Origin: Escherichia coli
GTDB lineage: Bacteria; Pseudomonadota; Gammaproteobacteria; Enterobacterales; Enterobacteriaceae
Length of the DNA: 64,000 nucleotides
Assembly: GCF_044324875.1 (NCBI RefSeq)
Contig: NZ_CP172185.1
Direction: 5' to 3' (one strand)
Positions 53,414 through 64,000 of the stretch are shown piece after piece. A program made the position numbers and the translations under genes. Numbering within the stretch: position 1 is the first letter of the stretch; each line of letters opens with the position of its first letter. Under the pieces are notes generated by a model, which worked only from the letters and a program-made list of their open reading frames with translations, had not been told where the DNA came from and did no database searches.

Positions 53414-54073
53414 ATGCCAGCTTTAGATTTGATTCGACCGTCGGTCACCGCCATGCGGGTGATTGCCTCCGTTAACGCCGAATTTGCGCGTGAACTGAAA
53501 TTGCCGCCGCATATTCGTAGCCTCGGGCTGATTTCTGCTGATTCCGATGACGTCACCTACATTGCGGCTGACGAAGCGACCAAGCAGGCGATGGTCGAAG
53601 TGGTGTATGGCCGCTCGCTGTATGCGGGCGCTGCACACGGACCGTCACCGACTGCCGGTGAAGTGCTGATTATGCTCGGTGGGCCAAACCCGGCGGAAGT
53701 GCGTGCTGGTCTGGATGCGATGGTTGCGCATATTGAAAATGGCGCGGCTTTCCAGTGGGCTAATGATGCGCAAGATACGGCATTCCTGGCACATGTAGTT
53801 TCGCGTACCGGTTCTTATCTCTCATCAACCGCCGGGATCACGCTTGGCGATCCGATGGCGTATCTGGTGGCACCGCCGCTGGAAGCGACCTACGGCATTG
53901 ATGCAGCGTTGAAATCTGCCGACGTACAGCTGGTGACCTATGTCCCGCCACCGTCTGAAACCAACTACTCGGCAGCATTTTTAACCGGTAGCCAGGCCGC
54001 GTGTAAAGCAGCCTGTAACGCCTTTACCGATGCAGTGCTGGAAATCGCGCGTAATCCAATCCAGCGTGCGTAA
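53414..54073 (+). CDS. eutL: Microcompartment shell protein EutL (tandem BMC domain trimer)
   Basis: 219 aa. Confidence 0.93.
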   Translation: MPALDLIRPSVTAMRVIASVNAEFARELKLPPHIRSLGLISADSDDVTYIAADEATKQAMVEVVYGRSLYAGAAHGPSPTAGEVLIMLGGPNPAEVRAGLDAMVAHIENGAAFQWANDAQDTAFLAHVVSRTGSYLSSTAGITLGDPMAYLVAPPLEATYGIDAALKSADVQLVTYVPPPSETNYSAAFLTGSQAACKAACNAFTDAVLEIARNPIQRA

Positions 54074-54085
54074 CGGAGGTTGCCG

Positions 54086-54586
54086 ATGATCAATGCACTG
54101 GGATTGCTGGAAGTGGACGGCATGGTCGCCGCGATAGATGCAGCTGATGCCATGCTCAAAGCAGCTAACGTTCGTCTGCTCAGTCACGAAGTGCTTGACC
54201 CTGGTCGCCTAACGCTGGTGGTGGAAGGCGATCTGGCGGCGTGTCGTGCGGCGCTGGACGCAGGTTGTGCTGCCGCGATGCGTACCGGGCGTGTCATCAG
54301 CCGTAAGGAGATCGGTCGGCCAGACGATGACACCCAGTGGCTGGTTACTGGCTTTAACCGCCAGCCGAAGCAACCCGTAAAGGAACCCGACGCGCCAGTT
54401 ATCGTCGCGGAATCTGCTGACGAGTTGTTGGCGCTGTTAACATCAGTACGTCAGGGAATGACGGCAGGAGAAGTGGCAGCCCACTTTGGCTGGCCGCTGG
54501 AAAAAGCCAGAAATGCGCTCGAACAGCTCTTTTCTGCCGGGACGTTACGTAAACGCAGTAGTCGTTACCGTCTCAAGCCCCATTAA
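54086..54586 (+). CDS. eutK: Microcompartment shell protein EutK (BMC domain plus C-terminal nucleic-acid-binding-like domain)
   Basis: 166 aa from ATG 54086 (MINALGLLEVDGMVAAIDAADAMLKAANV...). Confidence 0.9.
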   Translation: MINALGLLEVDGMVAAIDAADAMLKAANVRLLSHEVLDPGRLTLVVEGDLAACRAALDAGCAAAMRTGRVISRKEIGRPDDDTQWLVTGFNRQPKQPVKEPDAPVIVAESADELLALLTSVRQGMTAGEVAAHFGWPLEKARNALEQLFSAGTLRKRSSRYRLKPH

Positions 54587-54598
54587 CCTGTCGGAGGT

Positions 54599-54622
54599 GC
54601 CGGGTGTCCTACAACACCCGGC
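54599..54622 (+). promoter_or_regulatory. Stem-loop in the eutK-eutR spacer
   Basis: Perfect 9-bp stem gccgggtgt/acacccggc with 6-nt loop, ending 10 nt before eutR ATG; flanked by direct cattaac repeats. Confidence 0.45.
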
Positions 54623-54631
54623 ATTAACATC

Positions 54632-55684
54632 ATGAAAAAGACCCGTACAGCCAATTTGCACCATCTTTATCATGAACCCTTACCCGAAAACCTGAAGCTC
54701 ACGCCGAAGGTCGAAGTGGATAATGTTCATCAACGACAGACAACGGACGTCTATGAACATGCTTTGACAATTACCGCCTGGCAGCAGATTTACGATCAGC
54801 TGCATCCGGGCAAGTTTCATGGTGAATTTACGGAAATTCTACTCGATGATATTCAGGTTTTTCGTGAATACACTGGTCTGGCGCTGCGTCAGTCGTGCCT
54901 GGTCTGGCCGAACTCGTTCTGGTTTGGCATTCCGGCGACGCGCGGTGAGCTGGGATTTATCGGTTCGCAATGTCTGGGAAGCGCAGAAATTGCGACGCGC
55001 CCGGGTGGAACTGAGTTTGAATTAAGTACGCCGGACGATTACACGATCCTTGGCGTAGTGCTTTCTGAAGATGTCATCACTCGTCAGGCTAACTTTTTGC
55101 ATAATCCGGATCGGGTATTACATATGCTGCGTAGCCAGTCGGCGCTGGAAGTGAAAGAGCAGCATAAAGCCGCGCTGTGGGGCTTTGTCCAACAGGCGCT
55201 GGCGACGTTTTGCGAGAACCCGGAAAATCTCCATCAGCCTGCAGTGCGAAAAGTGCTGGGGGATAATTTGCTCATGGCGATGGGGGCGATGCTGGAAGAA
55301 GCGCAGCCGATGATGACGGCGGAAAGCATCAGTCATCAGAGTTACCGTCGATTGCTTTCCCGCGCCCGTGAATATGTGCTGGAAAACATGTCCGAACCGG
55401 TGACGGTGCTGGACTTGTGTAATCAACTGCATGTCAGCCGCCGCACGCTACAAAACGCGTTTCACGCCATTTTGGGCATTGGTCCGAACGCGTGGCTGAA
55501 ACGTATTCGCCTGAACGCCGTGCGCCGCGAACTCATAAGTCCGTGGTCACAAAGCACAACGGTAAAAGACGCCGCCATGCAGTGGGGATTCTGGCATCTT
55601 GGGCAATTTGCCACGGATTATCAGCAACTGTTTGCCGAGAAGCCGTCACTGACGCTGCATCAGCGGATGCGAGAGTGGGGGTGA
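54632..55684 (+). CDS. eutR: AraC-family transcriptional activator of the eut operon
   Basis: 350 aa; C-terminal AraC-type HTH. Confidence 0.93.
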   Translation: MKKTRTANLHHLYHEPLPENLKLTPKVEVDNVHQRQTTDVYEHALTITAWQQIYDQLHPGKFHGEFTEILLDDIQVFREYTGLALRQSCLVWPNSFWFGIPATRGELGFIGSQCLGSAEIATRPGGTEFELSTPDDYTILGVVLSEDVITRQANFLHNPDRVLHMLRSQSALEVKEQHKAALWGFVQQALATFCENPENLHQPAVRKVLGDNLLMAMGAMLEEAQPMMTAESISHQSYRRLLSRAREYVLENMSEPVTVLDLCNQLHVSRRTLQNAFHAILGIGPNAWLKRIRLNAVRRELISPWSQSTTVKDAAMQWGFWHLGQFATDYQQLFAEKPSLTLHQRMREWG

Positions 55685-55689
55685 GGGAG

Positions 55690-56592
<903 letters not shown>

Positions 56593-57462
56593 TTACCGCT
56601 TTCTCGAGTGTGCTTTCTGGTTGTCAAACCAGTGGAAATAACTGATCACGCCTTCGGCAATCGCTGTGGCGATTTTCTGGCGAAACGCCGCAGTGCCTAA
56701 CAGCCGCTCTTCTTCTGGGTTGGTGATAAACGAGGTTTCCACCAGCACCGAAGGAACCGACGGCGATTTCAACACCACAAACGCGGCTTGTTCGGTGTTG
56801 CGGCTGTGCAGTTTATGCACCGGCTTAATCTTTTTCAGAATATGCGAGCCGAGCGTCAGGCTGTTTTTAATAGTATCGGTTTGCACCAGATCAAACAGCA
56901 CTTGCTGCAATAGGTGATCCTTGTCAGTCGCCTTTTTACCGGCAACTTCATCGGCGCGGTTTTCGCGTTCAGACAGGTATTTCGCCATTGCGCTACTTGC
57001 CCCACGGTTAGAGAGGGCAAATACCGAAGCACCGGCAGCTTTCGGGTTGGTAAAGCCGTCGGCATGAATTGACATAAACAGATCTGCGCCATGTTTATGG
57101 GCGATTTCAACGCGATCGTATAGTGGGATAAACGTATCGCCAGAACGCGTTAAACGCGCATCAATGCCATGATTACGCAAAATGGAACGGACGTTTTTAG
57201 CAATCGCCAGCACCACATGTTTTTCTTTCGAACCGTTGCGCCCGATCGCTCCGGTATCAATCCCGCCGTGGCCTGGATCGAGAACAACGACACGTTTGCC
57301 GCCAGATTTTTTGGCTTTCGGCTTGCTGTGTCCGTTGCTGGTTTTTAAAGGTTCGTCTTTGGCGATGGCTTGCGACATTCCTGACAACGTCAGGGCAGCC
57401 AAACCGGCTTTCAGCACCTGGCGGCGCGAAGTGAGTGTTTTTAGTGGTTTAAAAGTGCTCAT
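56593..57462 (-). CDS. amiA: N-acetylmuramoyl-L-alanine amidase AmiA
   Basis: 289 aa; twin-arginine signal (TSRRQVLKAGLAAL); amidase_3 domain. Confidence 0.95.
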   Translation of the reverse strand: MSTFKPLKTLTSRRQVLKAGLAALTLSGMSQAIAKDEPLKTSNGHSKPKAKKSGGKRVVVLDPGHGGIDTGAIGRNGSKEKHVVLAIAKNVRSILRNHGIDARLTRSGDTFIPLYDRVEIAHKHGADLFMSIHADGFTNPKAAGASVFALSNRGASSAMAKYLSERENRADEVAGKKATDKDHLLQQVLFDLVQTDTIKNSLTLGSHILKKIKPVHKLHSRNTEQAAFVVLKSPSVPSVLVETSFITNPEEERLLGTAAFRQKIATAIAEGVISYFHWFDNQKAHSRKR

Positions 57463-57675
57463 ACGGCCTGAGTTGTAATAATAAAGTTCCAGATGTTATA
57501 TCGTATCGCGTAATCCGTTACGACCGTTTGCTGTTGAGAATTGTTTTACTTTTCATTTCAATAGTTGACAACTCCCCATTATGCCACTTTTTCAACCGAT
57601 TTTCGTCAGATATTGGCTAATTCGACCGTTCACGCCATAATCAGCCTTTTAACCCGCAAAAAGGTAACGAATACC

Positions 57676-58101
57676 ATGGAGATACGCGTATTTCGCCAGG
57701 AAGATTTCGAAGAGGTCATCACCCTTTGGGAGCGTTGCGACTTGCTGCGTCCGTGGAACGATCCGGAAATGGACATCGAGCGTAAGATGAACCATGACGT
57801 CAGTTTGTTTCTGGTCGCTGAGGTAAACGGTGAAGTGGTCGGAACGGTGATGGGCGGTTATGACGGGCATCGCGGGTCTGCTTATTATCTTGGCGTGCAT
57901 CCAGAGTTTCGTGGGCGTGGGATTGCTAATGCGTTGCTTAATCGGTTGGAGAAAAAGCTGATTGCTCGCGGCTGCCCGAAAATTCAGATCAACGTGCCGG
58001 AAGATAACGACATGGTGCTCGGAATGTATGAACGCCTGGGATATGAACACGCCGACGTGCTGAGTCTGGGTAAGCGTTTGATTGAAGATGAAGAGTACTG
58101 A
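57676..58101 (+). CDS. ypeA: GNAT-family N-acetyltransferase YpeA
   Basis: 141 aa from ATG 57676 ([19 protein letters not shown]...); track ORF is extended 37 codons. Confidence 0.9.
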
Positions 58102-58537
58102 GTTTCATCCTGTCCATTATGATGCACACGGTCGCCTGCGTTTACCCTTGCTCTTCTGGCTTGTGCTATTGCTTCAGGCGCGAACCTGGGTGCTGTTTGT
58201 CATTGCCGGTGCGTCGCGCGAGCAGGGTACTGCGCTGCTAAATCTGTTTTATCCCGATCACGATAATTTCTGGCTGGGGTTGATTCTCGGCATTCCGGCG
58301 GTGCTGGCGTTTTTGCTGAGTGGTCGGCGGGCTTCATTTCCCCGTATCTGGCATGTGCTCTATTTTCTGTTGCTGTTGGCGCAGGTGGTTTTACTTTGCT
58401 GGCAACCGTGGCTGTGGCTGAACGGTGAATCCGTTAGCGGTATCGGGCTGGCGCTGGTAGTGGCGGATATTGTGGCGTTAATCTGGCTGCTGACCAATCG
58501 ACGTTTACGCGCTTGTTTTAATGAAGAAAAAGAATAA
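58088..58537 (+). CDS. yfeZ: Inner membrane protein YfeZ
   Basis: 149 aa hydrophobic ORF; start overlaps ypeA 3' end by 14 nt. Confidence 0.85.
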
Positions 58538-58538
58538 C

Positions 58539-58566
58539 GGCACTTTTTGGTGAATTTGCACTCCAA
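58539..58566 (+). promoter_or_regulatory. Candidate sigma-E promoter for yfeY
   Basis: GGCACTT-N16-TCCAA against sigma-E consensus GGAACTT-N16-TCNAA; about 32 nt upstream of yfeY ATG. Confidence 0.45.
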
Positions 58567-58597
58567 GCAACGTTATTGAATAACCAAAGGAAGTGAC

Positions 58598-59173
58598 ATG
58601 AAATCGCTGCGTTTAATGTTATGCGCTATGCCGTTGATGCTGACCGGCTGTTCCACGATGTCGTCAGTTAACTGGTCTGCCGCTAACCCGTGGAACTGGT
58701 TTGGGTCGTCCACCAAAGTGAGCGAGCAGGGCGTTGGTGAATTAACGGCGTCCACACCACTGCAAGAACAAGCCATTGCTGATGCGCTTGATGGCGATTA
58801 TCGCCTGCGCAGCGGAATGAAAACCGCGAACGGCAACGTGGTGCGCTTTTTTGAAGTGATGAAAGGCGACAACGTGGCGATGGTGATTAACGGTGATCAA
58901 GGCACGATCAGCCGCATTGATGTGCTGGATAGCGATATTCCTGCTGACACCGGTGTTAAAATCGGTACACCGTTTAGCGACCTTTACAGCAAAGCATTTG
59001 GCAATTGCCAAAAAGCTGATGGTGATGATAATCGTGCCGTCGAATGTAAAGCCGAAGGCAGTCAACATATTAGCTACCAGTTCAGCGGGGAATGGAGTGG
59101 TCCTGAAGGGTTAATGCCTTCGGACGATACCCTGAAAAACTGGAAAGTCAGTAAAATTATCTGGCGGCGTTAA
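58598..59173 (+). CDS. yfeY: Lipoprotein YfeY (sigma-E regulon member)
   Basis: 191 aa; signal peptide with lipobox LTGCS. Confidence 0.9.
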   Translation: MKSLRLMLCAMPLMLTGCSTMSSVNWSAANPWNWFGSSTKVSEQGVGELTASTPLQEQAIADALDGDYRLRSGMKTANGNVVRFFEVMKGDNVAMVINGDQGTISRIDVLDSDIPADTGVKIGTPFSDLYSKAFGNCQKADGDDNRAVECKAEGSQHISYQFSGEWSGPEGLMPSDDTLKNWKVSKIIWRR

Positions 59174-59184
59174 TTTGCGTCTGA

Positions 59185-60168
<984 letters not shown>

Positions 60169-60190
60169 TCGTTTCTGATTCGATGATTAA

Positions 60191-60225
60191 AGGCCAGCCA
60201 GTATCACAACTGACTGGCCTTTTTA
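60191..60225. terminator. Bidirectional terminator between convergent yfeX and yfeW
   Basis: Stem aggccag/ctggcct with T-run on the plus strand and A-run/T-run on the minus strand. Confidence 0.6.
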
Positions 60226-61527
60226 TTACTGCTTTAACGCCGCATACACCTGATCAACCACCCAACCATAAGTTGCAATCGGCAACTGACCGCTTTCGAA
60301 CATATTGGGATTCTTTTGTGGATCGGCAACTGGCGAATGTGGCTTGTTGCTTAACATCACAATCGCCATATGATTCACCGGATCGATAACGGTCACCGTC
60401 CCGGTCCAGCCAGTGTGACCGTAGGTTTGCGGGCTTGCCAGCGTGCCAAACGTCGGCGTCATGGTGGCATTACCATTCACGCGCCAGCCAAGGCCAAAAG
60501 TGGCATCTTCCTTAGAGCTGGTGGTGAACATCTTCACCGTTTCTGCATTGAACAGCTGCACATCGCCATAGCCGCCGCCGTTCAGCATCGTTTGCATTAA
60601 CACCGCAATATCGCCGGTATTGGAAAACAAACCTGCGTGCCCGGAAACGCCGCCCATCGAATAAAAGGCTTTTTCATCGTGCACCTGACCCCAGAGAGTG
60701 GAGGTGCGGATATTCGGGAAATGGATCACGCCATCGCGGGTATTGCCGTTGAGTTCCGTGGCGGCAATTTGTTGCGGTTTAAAGCCTTTCAGCAGCGGAT
60801 TAAATACCGTGTGCGTCAGGCCGAGCGGGCGATAAATCGACTCTTCAACATAGCGGTCAAGTGGCTGACCGGTAACCGACTCGACGATAAATCCAAGCAG
60901 CATATAATCGACATCGCTGTAGATATGCTTGCTGCCGGGCTGATACTCCAGCGGCGTGCGCTTGATCATCTCCAGCGTCTGGCCTTTATCCTGGGAATAT
61001 AACGCGCCCGCGACCGCTTTATTCGGGTATTGCGGATCTGCCGGGAAACCGCCGCTGTGATGCAGCAGGTCAGAAATCCGCAGCGTGTTTTTGCCTTTGA
61101 TGGTGTCATTTGGACTATCGGCAAATCCCGGAATATATTTCGCAATCCGATCGTCAGGATGCAGCTTGCCTTCGCTCATCAGCTTTTGCAGCGCGAAGTT
61201 AGTGGCGTACATCTTGGTGTTTGAGGCCAGATCATACAGCGTCCCGGTGGTGGCTTTTACAGGCTGCGCCATTAACGCGCTGCCATCGTACTTTTTCGCC
61301 GCGCCCCAGGCTTTGCGATAAACAATCTGATTATCTTTTATAATCAGCAGGTTTACTCCCGGATAACCGGCATCCACCTGCTGGCTTATCCAGCGATCCA
61401 TCTGGTTAAGCCGTTCGACGTTAAACCCTGCTTTCTCTGGCGAACTTTCTGTCAGAACAGGGTATTTTGCGGCGCTGACGCTACAGCTAATAGCCAGCAG
61501 AGAAAGATAGAGCATTGTCCGTTTCAT
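60226..61527 (-). CDS. yfeW: Penicillin-binding protein 4B / putative D,D-carboxypeptidase YfeW (class C beta-lactamase fold)
   Basis: 433 aa; signal peptide and active-site SNTK (SxxK) motif. Confidence 0.92.
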   Translation of the reverse strand: MKRTMLYLSLLAISCSVSAAKYPVLTESSPEKAGFNVERLNQMDRWISQQVDAGYPGVNLLIIKDNQIVYRKAWGAAKKYDGSALMAQPVKATTGTLYDLASNTKMYATNFALQKLMSEGKLHPDDRIAKYIPGFADSPNDTIKGKNTLRISDLLHHSGGFPADPQYPNKAVAGALYSQDKGQTLEMIKRTPLEYQPGSKHIYSDVDYMLLGFIVESVTGQPLDRYVEESIYRPLGLTHTVFNPLLKGFKPQQIAATELNGNTRDGVIHFPNIRTSTLWGQVHDEKAFYSMGGVSGHAGLFSNTGDIAVLMQTMLNGGGYGDVQLFNAETVKMFTTSSKEDATFGLGWRVNGNATMTPTFGTLASPQTYGHTGWTGTVTVIDPVNHMAIVMLSNKPHSPVADPQKNPNMFESGQLPIATYGWVVDQVYAALKQ

Positions 61528-61529
61528 AA

Positions 61530-62954
<1,425 letters not shown>

Positions 62955-62957
62955 GGG

Positions 62958-63854
62958 TTATTCCTTTTCCAGAGCTTTGCGAATAAAGCCGCCGTGTTGA
63001 TCCAGGCGTTTTTTAGCTTCTGCGGCATCGAGATTTTTCAGCACCATCACAATGGCCGTTTTACAGTTGCGCTCGCAGGCAACCAATGCCGCTTCCGCTT
63101 GCTCTGCGCTACATCCGGTAGCGTTTTTGACGATATTGACCTGGCGCACATGCAGTTTTTCGTTGGTGGCGACCACATCGACCATCAGGTTGCCGAACAC
63201 TTTGCCGGATTTAATCATCAGCCCGGTGGAAAGCATATTGAGCACCAGTTTCTGCGCCGTGCCTGCTTTCATTCGCGAAGAACCGGTGACTACTTCGGCA
63301 CCTACAATCGGTGTAATGGCAAACTCTGCGGTGGTTGAAACGGCGCTCCCCGGATTACAGGAAATTCCCACTGTGCGGCAGCCGAGCTGGCGCGCGTATT
63401 CCAGTCCGGCAATCACATACGGCGTGCGTCCGCTGGCCGCAATCCCAACCACCACATCCTGTGCCGTTAAATTAATATTTTTTAGATCGTTAACACCACC
63501 TTCCCGGCTATCTTCCGCGCCTTCCACCGCGTGCTGAATGGCATATTCGCCGCCAGCAATCAAACCAACTACCAGGCCCGGTTTCACGCCGTAGGTCGGC
63601 GGACATTCACTGGCATCAAGAATACCCAGACGACCAGAGGTCCCCGCACCGATGTAAATCAGACGGCCGCCGCCGCTCACCTGGGCGTGAATAACATCGA
63701 TCGCCGCTGCAATATCCGGCAGTACGCGCTCAACGGCGAGTGGTACGGTTTTATCTTCATCGTTGATAATCCGGCACATTTCCAGCGTCGAAACGCGGTC
63801 AATTTCAGCCGAGGCGGCATTCGAGCCTTCGGTAATCATCTTTTCAAGTTGCAT
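62958..63854 (-). CDS. murQ: N-acetylmuramic acid 6-phosphate etherase (SIS domain)
   Basis: 298 aa; 3-bp gap to murP (murQP operon). Confidence 0.95.
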   Translation of the reverse strand: MQLEKMITEGSNAASAEIDRVSTLEMCRIINDEDKTVPLAVERVLPDIAAAIDVIHAQVSGGGRLIYIGAGTSGRLGILDASECPPTYGVKPGLVVGLIAGGEYAIQHAVEGAEDSREGGVNDLKNINLTAQDVVVGIAASGRTPYVIAGLEYARQLGCRTVGISCNPGSAVSTTAEFAITPIVGAEVVTGSSRMKAGTAQKLVLNMLSTGLMIKSGKVFGNLMVDVVATNEKLHVRQVNIVKNATGCSAEQAEAALVACERNCKTAIVMVLKNLDAAEAKKRLDQHGGFIRKALEKE

Positions 63855-63957
63855 CGGTGGTGACCTTACTATTTACGATCAAATAATTGCAGATGTATGG
63901 AATCATATATCCCGAATTGACAGACTTAAAGGAATCATTGAGTCTACACTCGCAGAG

Positions 63958-63973
63958 TGTGAAGAGCGTCATA
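63958..63973 (-). promoter_or_regulatory. Candidate CRP site upstream of murQP
   Basis: TGTGAagagcgTCATA, one mismatch to the CRP consensus TGTGA-N6-TCACA, about 105-120 bp upstream of murQ ATG in the murQ-murR divergent region. Confidence 0.4.
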
Positions 63974-64000
63974 AGAACTTAAGCGGAATTTTTGCTGCCA

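Overview
This window is a densely packed, collinear stretch of Escherichia coli core chromosome, and I find no evidence of a novel or previously undescribed system in it. It is the bepA to murQ region, in the opposite orientation to the usual K-12 numbering. Sixty protein-coding genes were called, all at the lengths expected for the known E. coli proteins, with no intact-looking unassigned ORF. Gene order is bepA (partial), perM, focB, hyfR, the hydrogenase-4 operon hyfJIHGFEDCBA, bcp, gcvR, dapA, bamC, purC, ypfJ, tmcA, ypfH, ypfN, dapE, yffB, ypfM, acrD, narQ, aegA, nudK, ypfG, tktB, talA, maeB, the complete ethanolamine-utilisation microcompartment operon eutSPQTDMNEJGHABCLKR, hemF, amiA, ypeA, yfeZ, yfeY, yfeX, yfeW, murP and murQ. 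No rRNA, tRNA, CRISPR array, transposase, integrase or phage gene was seen. The points worth a second look are small-scale: the eut operon is uninterrupted between eutA and eutB; there are conserved stem-loops in the eutM-eutN and eutK-eutR spacers; a GC-rich extragenic repeat occurs twice; eutB carries an in-frame hexanucleotide repeat; and several candidate regulatory sites are readable (sigma-54, BaeR, PurR, sigma-E, CRP). All gene identifications rest on recognising the translated sequences, not on any database search; coordinates of non-coding features were anchored to flanking ORF ends.
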